A stretch of DNA of 58,891 nt, filler included. It is 3 parts of 3 records of this genome, joined end to end, with 100 filler letters (N's around TTAATTAATTAA, not from the genome) between each part and the next. Parts side by side here need not be neighbours in the genome. Positions count along the whole stretch, not along the records: positions 27,226 to 49,674 come from DRR378314_599; 2 more parts are not named here. One strand, written 5' to 3'. The notes under the pieces are model-generated. The model was not told where the DNA came from. It did not search any database and saw only the letters and a list, made by a program, of their open reading frames with translations. Position 1 is the stretch's first letter. The number at the start of each line of letters is the position of its first letter. Below are positions 33,174 to 47,100 of this stretch, piece after piece. The position numbers and the translations under genes are program-made.

Positions 33174-36100
33174 TTGATTTATGACAAGAGAAGGCAGCCC
33201 GAGGCGACGGCGCGAGACCTCACCCCAAGGCACGCAATGGGCGCCACGGCGAGCTCTGCTGGCGCACGCCCGCGCAGCCGAGAAATGGCACAACGCCCCA
33301 GCGAAACGGAGCAAGTAGATCGCGACAATGATGTACCTTGCTTGCCTACTACGTCAACAAGCGCGTTTCTGGCCGCGCAGGCGAGCACGGATGTGCACTC
33401 CGCGTACGTAGAGAAGCGCACCCCGTACGACTACCGCGCAAGTAACCGGGCTGGTAGCAGGGAGATCAGCACAGACGTGCTCCTCGGCTATCACCGCCGC
33501 AATGCGATATCCAAGGCCGTTCACCGAATGAACTGGACGCGTACCTCGATTGCTCCTCGAGCGTTTCGCGAGGCCTCCAAGGTAGCAATGTCGCAACGGC
33601 GCCTACCGGAGGAAGCGTTGGTGCCTGATTGTATTCTTGGGTTTCGTGCGCGCGATACGCACCAGGCGCTGGCGTTCGCCAGTAGTCACGAAATTCTCTA
33701 TCCTGTTGCCCGTCTTATTGTGATTCTAGATATACGCAAAAACACCCAGCGCATTTTTACAAAACACCGAGGGGATGTCGTTTGCGTGGATGTCAATGCG
33801 CGCTCTGGGATTTGTGTAAGCGGTGAAGTGTGTCGGGACGCCGAGGCCCTGGTATGGGACCTTGAAACAATGGCTGTTCTTACCCGCCTTGCACCGCAGA
33901 ATGGACTGTGCTTCGGAGTTTTATGTGCCCGATTCTTCGACGAGGGCGCTATGATCGCTACGATAGAATTGGAACAGCCGAGATATTATGGCGAGTCGAG
34001 TTCTGCTACTTCACACTTGTCAGTTTGGTCGTGGCCGGATCGGTACCGCGCGGGAAGTGTGCCCCTGGGTTCGCGCAGCTGCACCACGCTTGCTGATCTC
34101 GATCGAAATACACTTGTCGTCGGTGGAGAAGGCTTCCTTGCTGTTGTGGAATTCAAAAAGAGAGCTTCCGCTTCACTGCGCGATACCCAAGGGCTAAAGA
34201 GCTCTGGAAATCGATTGTCGGCTTCTCTGCTGGTTCGGAAAGTGATTTCTCCGCGGGGGAACGAAGTGGAGAAGGCAGTGCTGTGCCTGTGCAGCCGTCC
34301 GTGGCGGCAGCAGAATTCGTATGTCGCTGGTACAGAATGCGGGACCCTCGTAGTTGGAATGCGCGCCCGCGTACAGCAGGAACGCAATCATGCACACATG
34401 GGACCAATTTTCGATATGTGCACGGAAGCAAGTGCCGGTGCCCATCGCTCATCTGCGCCGATGCTTGTCAGTGTTGGGCAAGATGGATACGTTCGCCTCT
34501 GGGGGCCATCGCTGCAGCCAATGAAGGAAATCGACGTTGCTACCCACGCGCATACACCTGCAGCTGTGTACGTTCGTGCCGTCGATGCATTGAACGGGTT
34601 GCTGGCAATCGGGACTATGGGAAGCGAGGTAAGAATCACAAACTGTGTGTGCCACTGGTGTTTGCGGAAACACCATCGCGTCAAGGGACAGACCGCGTCA
34701 TCAAGCACGGAAAGCGAGCGAACAGAACTCGCGCACAGCTCTGTGTTCGGCTTCTGCGGTGGTTGTGTGGGAGCTTGGGGCGAGCAGCGTTCCCATCGGA
34801 TTAGAAAGCCACAAGGGCATTCAGAATGGCTCACAAATCCCCTTGACAGCGTTTTTTCTTGAATCTACATGGAAACCAGACGCCGTGTTGTTCAGAGGCC
34901 GTCTTCTCAGGAGTGCACTGTAGCCTTGCCTCGAGCTGCCATCACGGCGCGCTTGCGTTCCGCCCGCACACTCAGTGCCAGGTCACGTTCGCACCGCACG
35001 TTCCTCTCTGAAGAGTGCATCCACGGTTGCTGCTGCCTTCAGAAATACTTTTATTTATGGAAATCTGTCGACTAATATTATTATAGAACATAGCTAGCAG
35101 CTATGTGGGGATTTGCTGCCATTGGATCGATCGTTGCGCAAGGGAGCGGGGTGGGGGCCAGGAGCACGCGCACTTTACGAGAGACGCACGTAGAAATCAA
35201 ACGAACAGAGGTCCTGCGTCTACTGCCGTGGAATGACCCACGCTCCTTACATCATTGTAGCCCACGCGTCACGGTCTGCCGATATTTTCCCTCACTGTCA
35301 GACTTCTGGGTATTTATAGATTACATTACGATGCCTTTTGTGCTCCTGACGTCGCAGGTTCTACTAGTTAACTGGAGTACCTTGCAGACGCGGCTGCTGT
35401 CCTGCGGTCATTCGACGAGCCTCCCATTCCGATACGCTTCTGCGCTTGACGGCAGCGCGGCGGCGGCGCGGCTCTTGGTAGAGCAAGGAGCAGGCGCAGG
35501 CCTTCCTGCATCAGTAATCGCTTGTCATCCCACGGAGAGTTTGCTTGTCACCGCAGGAATTGATGGAGTGGTGCGGTTATGGCGTGCTCGCCGACACCGG
35601 CTAGTGCTGCGAGCTGCTGTCGCTCTCGACGAGCCTGCGACGGCCATCGCGTTCGATTCGCTAGGCGAGCATGTTGTTGTCGGAACAGCTGCGGGCCACG
35701 TCATCAAACTGGCGGTTACTCAGGATTTACGCGTGGTTCATTCTGTAGTTTTAGCTACTGCGCTCACGCAACGTAAGCTTCATCAACCTATGTCGCAGCA
35801 CACCTCAAATGCTAGCAATCGGATTGCGAATGGAGAAGCGCGACGCGGGGGTACCCTGGCGGCAGTCGTGCGCGTCGTTGCGCCTTCACCCAGAGGTGAT
35901 GTGCTTGCAGTAGCACAGCATAAGATTATCGTATTGTTGGAGTCCAGCGACGGGATACGCGAGATAGCAACTATGCGGGGTCATTCATCACCTGTGTCTT
36001 CCATGGACTGGAGTGCAGACGGGCATCTTCTACAGAGTGCATCAGTCGATGGGGAGCTCCTCTACTGGGATGTGCGTTCGAAAGAGGAAAGCACGGCAGA

Positions 36101-39100
36101 AGCGAGCGAACTAGCTGAGATCGATTGGTCTTCTTGGACGGTGCCATACGGATGGGCCACGCGAGGCCTTCGACATCAAGACGATGAAGTAGACATCGTA
36201 TGCAGTGTGTGTGCAGCGCCCTCCCGTACATGGGCGATTGCTACAGATGCATATGGCAGCGTCCGACTCGCAAACTGGCCGGTCCCTGCGTGGGCAAGCA
36301 CAACGCGCGACGTCTTGGCGCACGCGCTTCCTGGGGCATCCGTAGCCATCAGCCATGATGAGCGTTATGTATACACTGCCGGTCTGTCTGATGGGGCGAT
36401 TATTCGTTGGCGCCGGCAAAAGCAGCAGCTGCGATCATTAGGTGATGAGGGTACGTCACGTGTGGGAGACGCGGCCGCTTGGCCTGGGTTATACTCTACC
36501 GACACCGCGGGTGTAGGCGCCACAGTCCAGCGCCGCGTGCTTACCGGCGCCGAGATCCGCAGGCGCTTAGCGCGACGGCAGCGCGAGCGAGCTGCTGCCA
36601 GAGTGGGCGGGTCACGAGCTGCTCGTTTACTCGCGATAACGCAGGAGTACCGTGCACGAGAGGCTACGCGTGGTTTCTTTGCGCGCGTGCGCCGCCGGAT
36701 TGCCGAGGCTGTTGGGATATCTGTCCCATGGAAGCGACTCCGGGCTGTCGTAGACGCTCAGCAAGACCTTGCATCTGCGACAAGCCGTGGTGAACCCTTC
36801 GGGGCGGCAAGCTCGACAGCAGACGACACAACGAGTGCCCTTGTCGCCGCAGTGGATGACGCAGAGGCGAATGCGAGGATGGCTGGCGCGCTGGAGGGGA
36901 GCAGTGATGACAGCACAACGGGGTCGTCGCTCTCCGGCAGCGACGCGTGGCCAAGCTCGAGCGACTCTGACGATTCGAGCGACGGTGACGATGGCGGCCG
37001 TGTCGGACCTGACGGTCAACGCCAAAGCGTCATGTCACCTGTTCGTTTTCGGAGGCGAGAGAGCGCTGTCTTGGAGAACGTGTTTGAGCGCGCACACGGA
37101 AAACAGCGAAAGACGTTGCGACCCGTACCAGAGGCTGCGGCCCACGGGAGAGGCTCTGAGCAGCGAGCGTTGTACACCCGAGAGCCTGGCAGCGCGCAGG
37201 CACGTGCACTGATTCGTGCGTCTCGTCTTCGTAAAGTCTCAGCAAGCGCCCTGCGGCGCATACGACGTGGCATTGCTGCCGCGGAGAATGGTCGCGTTTG
37301 GTATGATGCCCGCCAGGTACATGGGACGGAAACACTCTCGCAAGTCAGGGCGAGGCCATGGGACAAGGCGTGGTGTGCGCCTGCTCTAGCTGCAAGCGAA
37401 GTTGCAGCCACTACGGACGGGGCTGGCCCTGCCGATGTCAAGAACGGTGGCACGGCGCGCGTGGGCAAGCATGGTCACATCGACGCTGAGCACCTACGCA
37501 ACGCTGAACACGTTGACAGTTTGGAATCCGAGAGTCGTACCCCGCAAGAAGCACGGGTAGATGCAGCTGCTCGCGGACCCGATGTGTCGCTTTCCCCTGT
37601 CGGGGTGGGCGGCGCGCTCGAGCTACTCGGTGCGCGCCAGGCCTGTCCGGTTGGGAACTCCTCTTCGCTCGTTGCATTCGCAGCTGGGTCGTCGATCGCG
37701 CTGCGCACTCTGCGCCAACAGGACTTTCATCCAGACTCCAATAATGGATCTAACGCGACTATGACGCAAGAGGTGCCTCCTCGCAATGTCGAGAGTCCGG
37801 TACCATCTCAGGAGATGGGAAGTGACGAAACAAGCAATACCGCGACGAGGAACTCGCAGTCCCTTCCCCTTCGAAGCGCTCACCGAAAGGGGGTAGACGA
37901 GTCACCTGTCGCCTCAGCGCTCGACAAAGAGAGTCCGTACCGCTTCTACTCTGCACATACGTGTCATGTCACAGCCATGGCTGCGTTGGCCGGGAGCGAC
38001 ATTGTTGCAAGCGCGCACGGTACGGATACGCCAACGATTTTGTGCTGGGACGCGGTAACCATGCGCACGTTGGCTGTGCTCTCGCGTGGCGCCCCGCGGC
38101 GCGTTACGGCGCTCGAATTTGTACTGCCGTCTGGCGCCCTTCTGGCCTGCACAGCGGGCCCACGAGCACGCGTGGTCGCGTGGAACTGGCGTGCAGGTAC
38201 TGTTGCCTGTGCAGCATCTGTAGCGTCCCCTCTCCTGCTTCGCGTCGTCGCCATTCCCGGCGCCTCCGACTCGTTTGCCACCGTTGGTGTGCGCCACCTG
38301 CGACTGTGGCATTTTCGCGGGCGCCTCCTGTCGTCCAGGAGACCAGCACCGCCACTTGAGAAACATGATACACCCACAAATGCGATGGATGCAACGGTCG
38401 CGTATGCTACACTTGCTGGAGTTGTTGATGAGAAAGCGTATCAAAGCAGGCGCAGTAGCAGTGCAGCGCAGCTGTCAGGTGTCTCCCCGGCTGCCAACGC
38501 AAGCGCGATGGCGGCGGAGCCTTTCGCGTCGTGGAACACGAGCCAGAATCTTCGTCAGTGGGAAGCGATTGCTGCCACACACGAGCAAACACTGTGGCAG
38601 GCACAACTGAAGACTGCTCCTGCACTCGTGGTGGGAACTGATCAAGGCTCCATAGAATTGTGGACATCCCTTGGTCTTGTGCACAGTCGCGTAGCCGCGC
38701 ACCGCGGGCCAGTGTGGTCTGTCGCTGCCGCAGAGAGCAGCCGCACTCTGATCCTCTCTGCTGGAGAAGATGGGAAGCTATGCTCGTGGAGATTCGTGTT
38801 CCGCAGTGAGTCAAAGTCCGCGTTGAACAAGGTCGATGACCTTGCAAACGCGGATAGCTCTACCGACTCCCGAGACGGCGAGCTGCGGCGGCATGATCGC
38901 ACCGGATTACGCGCCAAGGCTCGCCTTCGAGGCACAGCCTTGTCAGCAGAGCTTGCGCGCGTGGAGCGCTCATCGAAAGGTGGGAATGCAACGCTGCGGA
39001 TTAATGGCTCTGTAGCAGTGGCCCAAGATGCGCATAACCTACTGCATGCGTGTACGCTCGAGCTCGTTTCGTGTATCGACTCGCGCGCGCTCGCTCCACT

Positions 39101-42100
39101 GCCGGCGCTACGGGCACCGCTAGCAAGCAGCGGCCGCATCCGCAGCGAAGAAGCTCGTCCTGGCACCGCTGGCAATGTCACTGACCGTGTGGTGTCGCTG
39201 GAGGCGAGCCATTCTGGAACATTTGTCGTTGCTGTACTGGAATCTCGTGCTATACTTGTGAGAAACGTGCCGGCACGGGACAGTGGTGGCGATGCGGACA
39301 AGCTGGCGAATTGGAGTGTACTCTCCGGCGCGCCCGGGCAGCACCTTGGTACCCTCGCCATACACCCGTATGCTTCGTGGGCGCTGTCATGTTCGACGCG
39401 CACATCAGATGTTGTGATATGGAATCTCGAAAAATTGAGAGCTGTATGTGTGCTCCCCATTCCCGCTCTGGGGTACGCGTGCTCGTTTTCTCCGTGTGGA
39501 GGCCGTGCGGCGGTTGCTCTCGCGGACAGCCGCGTGCTTTGCTTCGAGTGCGCCTTTGCGGATGACGAGGAGCGGTTAGAGGACCCAGTTGTGACAGAGC
39601 TGGCGCTTGTACAACCGTTTGGGCAGCACGACGCAATTCAAGTATACAGCAGCAATGCGATACCGCGCGGTTGCGTAGTCTGGGCGCCTTCGCTTAGCAA
39701 CGTTGCCGTGGCATTTGAGAACCGCATCGCTGTTTTGGCAGCGTACGCGGGGTATGCGCCCACCACATCATTGCCTTTGGACGACGGCTTCCACGCCACG
39801 GCACTTGATTGGAGTGAGGATGAGCATTGGCTCCGCGTCACGGTTCGGAAGACGGAATCTATTCGAATGATTGTTGTTGTTGATACACGCCGGGGAGTAT
39901 TCGTCACTGCTCCAGAGGAGGAGCCGGAGCCCGAATGGTTCACGCACGCTGGTGACCTTGGGTGGCGCTCTGCAGGTCTACGCTCCAGACTGGATACCGA
40001 CACAGATGCACGCGAAATAGCGTTATGCTTGCGATGTCGTGCGCTCTGTGTTCACGCGGATCGCAGAGGTGTGCTCCAAGCCGCTCCATGGCCGGCACCA
40101 GGGGGTCATCCCATCTCACAGCGCAGGTTTGGAGGGGGTCCCGGCTCGATCCGCAGTGTGCAGTTTGGCGCCGGAGGCACCCTTCTCGCTACTGCCTCTG
40201 CGTACGGAGTGCTACTCGTGTGGAATGCATCACACGGGACTTGTCGCGGGAGAAATAAGGGCCTACCTGTAGTTGGCGATGTCAATGGAACGCCGACCTA
40301 TTTCAATGCGCCTCTGCGACCTCCCACCGGAGCGGAACCGGGCGGCGACTCACTGGGCCAACCGGAGTTGGTGGGCGTCCAGCTGCATATTTTGCACCCA
40401 GAAATGCGTCTTGGCGTCGGATCAAACGATGCAGTTTCGAATGAAGTCAAACGATCGGTGGACGCGAGACGAGCGAAGAGAGCGCTTTTGCACAACAGAG
40501 TGGAAAACTCCGCTTCTCAGGGTGATGGCGACGCGTGGGCTGTGCTCGGTGGCCGTTCCGGCACCGCCGGACTACAATGGCGCCAGCTTCTTGTGGAACC
40601 TCTTGGTTGGGAGCATGCGACGGGGCCCGCTGAATCCACTCCGATCTCCGTATCGCTGACTGGAGCGCTTGGGGTGGGAAATGGCGCCAGTGCCGCAGGA
40701 ATAGCCGTTGGCTTAGATGGTGCCATCCTCTGGGCAAGTGGAACGTTGTGCATGCGCGCACCACGCGAAAGTTCCGCGCATACGAGCGGTACACACGTTG
40801 CTCGAGCGCACGAAACCACAGTGCTTGCACTTGTTGTCGGGGAGTCTCGATCAATGTGCGCTACGGTTGCCGGCTCACGTGTACGAGTATGGTCTCTGCA
40901 AGGCAGCGACAGTATCTCTGCGGCAGACCGCAGATCGAGCGCGAAAGAAAGTGGCACCTCGCCCTTACCGCAATATAGTGCGGTTACTACCTCACTTCCT
41001 CGCGCTTTAACCGCGGCCCTGGCGTTTTCTGTGGACGAAAAGCGCCTCGCCATTGCTGTGCTCGCTGGCGACGCGCAGGACTGCTCCGCCCGACTGGCGC
41101 TATTCTTCTGGGACTGGACTGCCTCCTCATCACTTTCCTCGCCCACCGTGCTTCCGGTCACAGACAAGACGTGTGCATCGGTGGAAAGTATTGCATTGAC
41201 GCCCGACGGATCGGGCGTATGCGTTGCGGGGAATGGGATTCTCGCCTTTGCAAGCTACGACGCAGTCCAGGACTCGTTCCTAGCGCTGCCCGCTGAAATC
41301 CCCAAAGGGCTGGCATACGATGTGAACGCCTGCTGCTCCGCCGGAGTTGATGTCAGCGACTTTGTCACGGCGCATTCTTGCGGAGCATTGTGCCTTTGGA
41401 GCGACTGTGTGGTGCGGGTTTTGCGCTCCGGCGCGCATGAGGGCGGAGCTTTGGCGCTTGCGAGGCTTCGCAGCAGCTCATTGGTGGCGAGCGGCGGTGC
41501 AGACGCGACTATCCGTATCTGGAGCGCGCGAACTCTGTCCCCGCTGCGCGAGCTTCGAGTGCGGTTTGCGCTTATTCCACGTGTATTGTTCCGTCCTATG
41601 GCGGTCGATACTTCCGTAAGTGCACTACAATGGGGATCTCGTGGTGCCTTTGTACAGCTGGACTGGGCCGGTGGCGACTTGGTAGCGGCGACCGACCGCG
41701 GCGAGGTACGCCTGCCAGGGCACGATATCTGCTGCCTGTTCCTCATCCCCTTTCCCCTTTGTCAGCGCGTTGGGCTATCGTCGTGGTATCGTCGGGGTCC
41801 TGGGGAGGGATGCGATCGATCCAGCGTATATGCATGTTCGCGTTTTCTTTCTTTCTCATCGACAGCTCATATTTCCCAAGAACATAGTCCACTTACGGTC
41901 TTGCGGCAGCGCAGGCTTTTTGAGAAACTTTTGCGCAGGTAGTTGAGCGTGCGGTTCTCGTAAACCTTTGTCAGACTGCTCCGCGTTGTGTTTTGCACCA
42001 GCCCCTTTCGCGTCTCATTCACTTGCGCTGGCTATTGTGTTTGCTGCATGTCGCGTGCTGTATTTGACCGAATCCTTCTGTGCATCTCTTTGAAAATGAC

Positions 42101-43923
42101 ACCGATCACGTTCCGGATCTCGGAACCGGTAGATTTTTCGCATAGAAAACGAAGCCGGTGAGCCGCGCGCAACACCAGTATCTCTCGGAACACCCCTCTG
42201 GCACGGCGCGACCGCAATCGCTGGACATCCGCACCTACCGCTGGTGTTTGTGGCATCTACAGATGGCTGTGTGCGTCGGTGCTCCTGTGTTCCAAACGTG
42301 TATGTTGAGTTGTGCGTCCAAGTCGTTCCGCTTGACGAAGCCAATGCCAAAGGGTGTGTCTGTGCACTCCACGTTTCTGCGGATGGCTCGCGTCTCCTGG
42401 CGGGGACAGGGGCGGGCGTCATTTTGTTGCTATGTGCGAAGACATTGCGCGTAGAGGTGGTACTTCCCGCCGTAGATGGCCGAATAACAGCTGTATGTCT
42501 CTCGTCTACGGGAAGCCTCGCGGCAGTCGCTTTTGTCCTAACTCAAATGTCGCGCGACAGCAGTGGTGCCGTTGTCGATGATAACGGCAGTGCTGACGAT
42601 CGCGTAGGCGAAGCAGGCGCGGGAGAGAGCACGGCACAGCTCCGTGCGGTGCCACACAGCGGCACAGTTGCTCTGTACCGCACGTCGCCGCCTACGCGCG
42701 TAGCGCTCTGTATCGGGCACAGCGCCGCTATTGAATCGCTTGACATGGACAACGACGGCGAAGCCCTGCTGAGTTGCTCACCGGGGGCTGGGGAATTGCA
42801 CATATGGCACACGCTGTCGGGACGAAATGTGACGGCGCTCGCACCTTCGCTACGAGCGCTGCGCTGGACCTCGTGGAGCGCAACGCTGGGCTGGCCCGTG
42901 CAGGCGTTGATGTACGTTTGAGGCCTGTTGTGCGGCCGGAAACGTTCATAGACGAATGCGTTCCTTAAATATGAGCTCCGTACATATTTGGTGCGGCGTT
43001 CGTGGGGGGGGGGCGCGGGTAGGGCAAAGGGTCATGCGCCGTCGTAGGCTATCTATTTTTTCTGATTATTCTCTTTTTTAGCAGCGAGCAAACCGCCAAA
43101 TCCGGGCGTGCGCCGCTTGCTGTTTGTAGCTGTTCCGGCGCTGTGTTTTATTTTCTGTGACTATAGTGTGCCCCGCATTTTCCATGCTTGGTGCTTTCCC
43201 TCGTTGCCGCTTTTGGGAAGGATGCGCCAGAAGTGGTGACGCGGCGTTCTGCTTTGTGCTCAGCCCTGGGAACAGGCTTTGGGAGGGAGGCGGATACGCA
43301 ACTTGGCAAGTACGCATTGCGTCGGGTTTCGCCCGTAGTACAGCCCTGCGCGACAAGAAGCTTGGCGCTCAGCTCGAATTATGTCCTGTTGCAGTGATGT
43401 GCTTGTGGCGGGCCTTCTTCCATGCGGCCCTGCTGTCTCTGTCTCGCACGTGATGAGCGCCAAGCTGGCTTTCGGGGCGAAGCGTTGGCCCTTGCAGCGC
43501 CAAGACTCGTACTGTCACGTTCTTCGCGTTCGCGTCTTGTCCATTTCCTCATTTCACGTGCTTTGCGGAATGATTACATCTTCTCTACCTCGCGTTGGCG
43601 CGGAATTCGAAATTTACGCGTGCTGGTGCAGAAATCGGGCGACTGGCGCACCAAACGCACGACGTGTCGCACGCAGTCGCAACGGCAGGCTCCTTGCTGC
43701 TGTGCTGCGGGATTCGGCCACCATCCGGTTTTACAGGTATCCCGTTGTCGACGCCCATCCTACCTGCGTGCAAGCCGCAGCGCCTGCGGCTCCTGTTAGT
43801 GGCATCGCTTTCTGCGGCAACGACGAATTTGTTGCCGTGGCGAGCGGTAGCAGCGGCGGCGTGTATGTGTACCGCCTCGCAAGCGCTGGCGTTCGCGCAG
43901 CCGCACTGGACAGCGCGCCATGA
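33174..43923 (+). CDS. EML5/EML6-like echinoderm microtubule-associated protein (three HELP-WD40/TAPE units), ~2950 aa; true start uncertain
   Basis: Exons 33174-34628, 35358-41705, 42133-42911, 43632-43923 join in frame. HELP-like LVPDCILGFRARDTHQAL...QRIFTKHRGDV; three EML-type motifs WSSWTVPYGW, WFTHAGDLGW, WTSWSATLGW. First in-frame ATG is 33237; an upstream exon (possible 55-nt intron 33119-33173) cannot be excluded. Confidence 0.82.
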
Positions 43924-44160
43924 AGAATCGCGGCGCCCAAGCGTACAAAGGAATACAGTGCAATGCGAAGCCCGGGCGCGGGCGCATTTGCGTAGCGCTG
44001 CAGCGCTCACGCGCCACGGCGCGCTCTGTGGGGGCACTTTTTGTTCCCCCTCTGAACCTTGAGTTTCCCGTGCGCGACTGCTTGGTCCACCTGGGAACGT
44101 ACAGAATTTGCACGGGTGTACGCGCCGATTGCGCGGAGAAGCGCGCTCGGGTCGCCTCCA

Positions 44161-47100
44161 ATGCCGGGCAAGCGCGCAGCTGGGCCAGGTGCCCTGCCTT
44201 CGCTTGCCGGCCGCAGGGAGGCGGTTCGCGCTGCGCTGCTGCGGTGGTACCGCGAGAACCAGCGATCGCTTCCGTGGCGGCGCCCCTCTGATGAAGTGAT
44301 CGCAGAGCAGAGTCGCATCGAAGCTGGAAATTTTCCTCGCAAGGTACAGGCGCGCTTTGCAATGCGCACCATGCTTTGCGCGCTGTCTGCGCCGTTGCGT
44401 GTGCGGAGCTCAGCAGTAGCTCGCGCGACCACTTCTCCCGCTGCGCTGTGCTAATGCTGCGAGGTGCGCGGCCCATGTGCCGCCGCCTTCCGTTGTTTGC
44501 CACGGCGAATCGCAGGAGCAAAACGTCACTGCGTATCGAGTGTGGGTTTCTGAGATCATGCTGCAACAAACGCGTGTTGCGACGGTTATTCCGTACTTTA
44601 ATCGGTGGGTGGAGCGTTGGCCGACAGTGGAAGAGCTCGCGCAAGGTGCGGCCTGCGCGCGGAGTTCGCTGTAGTGCGGCTCGCTCGTTCCTGTCAGGCC
44701 GACTCACGGACGCGTGAAACCAGTCGCGCGCGGTGTACTAAAGGGCACAGCCGTGCGCGTCCCTGAGCAACCACTTTCCTTACATAGACATAGCAGAATA
44801 CGGTGTATGTCTGTCTCTGAGCGAGTTGTAAAATAAGGCGCGTATGCGTTTTCGTCGTGCTGCAGCTTTGGGCTGTGAGAGTTCGGGTTGTGCGTTTGTA
44901 CTATGCGCAGCCGTGCGTCGACGCTTGTGTTTCTCTGAACAAGCTGCCGCGCGACTGCGCGCAAACTCCTGTAGCTTCTGAGGAAGATGTCAACCACCAG
45001 TGGGCCGGGTTGGGGTATTATCGTCGCGCGCGACTTCTTCTTCGTGGTGCGAAGACGGTAGTTTCGGAGTACGGCGGCTGGATTCCGGGCACGGTAGATG
45101 GGCTGCTCAAGGTACGCGTCGCCTTCACCGACAGCTTGCGCGAGCAGCGCCAGCACATAGCCGACTTGCAGCACGGATTTGCTCGCGCGTGGGCGGAATA
45201 TGTGCTTCGAGTGTCGACTGTCGAGTGTGATGGGCATGAATGTTCTTGATTTGATGCTGCGAGCGAAACCAACGCTTGTGTGAGCTGCCTAGCTGCAGGG
45301 CAGCGAACGCGAACCAGTCGCTGCTCGGACACGTATGCGAGCGTTGCTTCACTCCTGTGCTCGCGGACGCGCTTGGTCCGAGCGCAGCGCGGGAAAGTGT
45401 GGACGAGGAATCTCCAGTTGATCGCATTGGTTGCATTGGGCTCCTACATGATTTTCTTTCATGTGGTCCACAATCGTGGATGCGATGGCAGAAGGCCGAT
45501 CGAGTGCGCAAGCGCAGGAAAGCGGGAGCGGGACCGTGGCAGAGGGTCGCGTCTGGTACAGATGGCGCGATCGGCTCGTGTTCACAGTCACGCCCTTGTC
45601 CGGCTAATGTATACAGGTTCCCGGAATTGGCGAGTATACAGCAGGGGCAATTACATCGATTGCGTTTCATCAACGTGCGGCTGCGGTGGACGGGAACGTG
45701 CTTCGCGTATTTTCTCGCCTTGCCAACATGGACGCTGACATCACTGCGGGCATTACGCTGCGGCACGTGCGGTACGTGGAGAAGGGCCGGTCGGTTCCTT
45801 CTGCGTGCGCAGACAAGAGAGTGCAGAACGGAGGTAACGAAATCTCCAGACATATGTGCACTGATCCTTACTGCTGGTAGACCCTTGCGCGTTCCGCGAT
45901 GCTGACTTCCCTGTTCATTGGCGCTGGCGCGCCGTGGTCTCACCGCGCGAGGCGTGCGTGATGCATTGTCGAGATTGCGAGATGCCTCTTCGCGCACCAT
46001 GCCGTCGCTCCGCGTATACGTGCTCTGTGTTCGACGAGTTTCACGTCCATCATCCTGGTGCGAAATATCCTACAACTGAGATCCACTGTATGTATGCACG
46101 GCTTGCTTCGCGCTGTGCGATGCGCGCGCCCCCTTAGCGTGGAGATGGAAGATCTCGTGGATCCGGCGAGCCCCGGTTGCTTTAACCAGGTATGGCGGAA
46201 TGTGCCGAGGAGCAGAGCAGGCATGGCCGCGGCGCCCCCTCATCGTTTCAGGCGGTGTGGTTTGTACAGGGTGCAGTATGGTATATGAAGTACAAGATGC
46301 GACAGCCTGGACGTGCCCTGCTTTGAAGAGCACGCCGAAATGAGGATGCCGTGCGCGCGGGGCTGCTGCTGCTGTTGAAAATTTGCTGCATTGTTTTTTG
46401 CACGACGTGGGTTTCCTCACCTCCTCGCCATGGTTTTCATGTAAAGCAGCTACCGCTGTTCGTTCGTAGCCGGGCGCACACCAAGGCGTGGGAGGGTGAC
46501 GAACTTTCGCCGCTCTTTCTGGTTGCTCATTTGCCGTGGAGGCTGTCGTTCTCTTGCTGTGTGCGGATTCTATATTGCCTGCCATGGAGCATTGTTCAGT
46601 GCCTAGGATTGGCTTTGTCCACGGTTCTGCTGCAGATTGCTGCGATCTTTATCTGGTATATCGCATACGAAAGTCTTATTTTCTTGTATAATGCCGTGTT
46701 GCTTTTGTTTCCTGCATCTGGTGACTCACGCGCGTGCATCCTGTTCGGACTAGGCGGTGATGGAGCTGGGAGCGTTGGTGTGCACGCCAAAGTCGCCATC
46801 GTGCGGATCGTGCCCGCTCTCGTCGCTGTGCAGCGGCCGCGAAAGGGCCTCTGACCTCCCTGTCCGACCCGCCAAAGCGCCGCCGCGCGAAGTTCGTGCG
46901 GTAGTTGTTGTTCCTATCCACAAGTCCACGGTTCTGCTAACGCAGCGCACGGATGGCGCAGGGGTGCTCCCGAACCAGTGGGTCTGCCCTTTGGTTCTGC
47001 GCGAAGGCGATCTCGGAGGAGGTACGCGCTTGCGTCGAGCGATCGGCTCTCCACTGGTTGGACCACGCCGTTTCTCATTACGAATTCGATCGTAATTTGG

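Noticed and set aside
35103-35357. N-terminus of the 2279-aa ORF (and its tail 41706-41942)
   Set aside because: Open intronic sequence outside the GT/AG boundaries that join the EML exons in frame.
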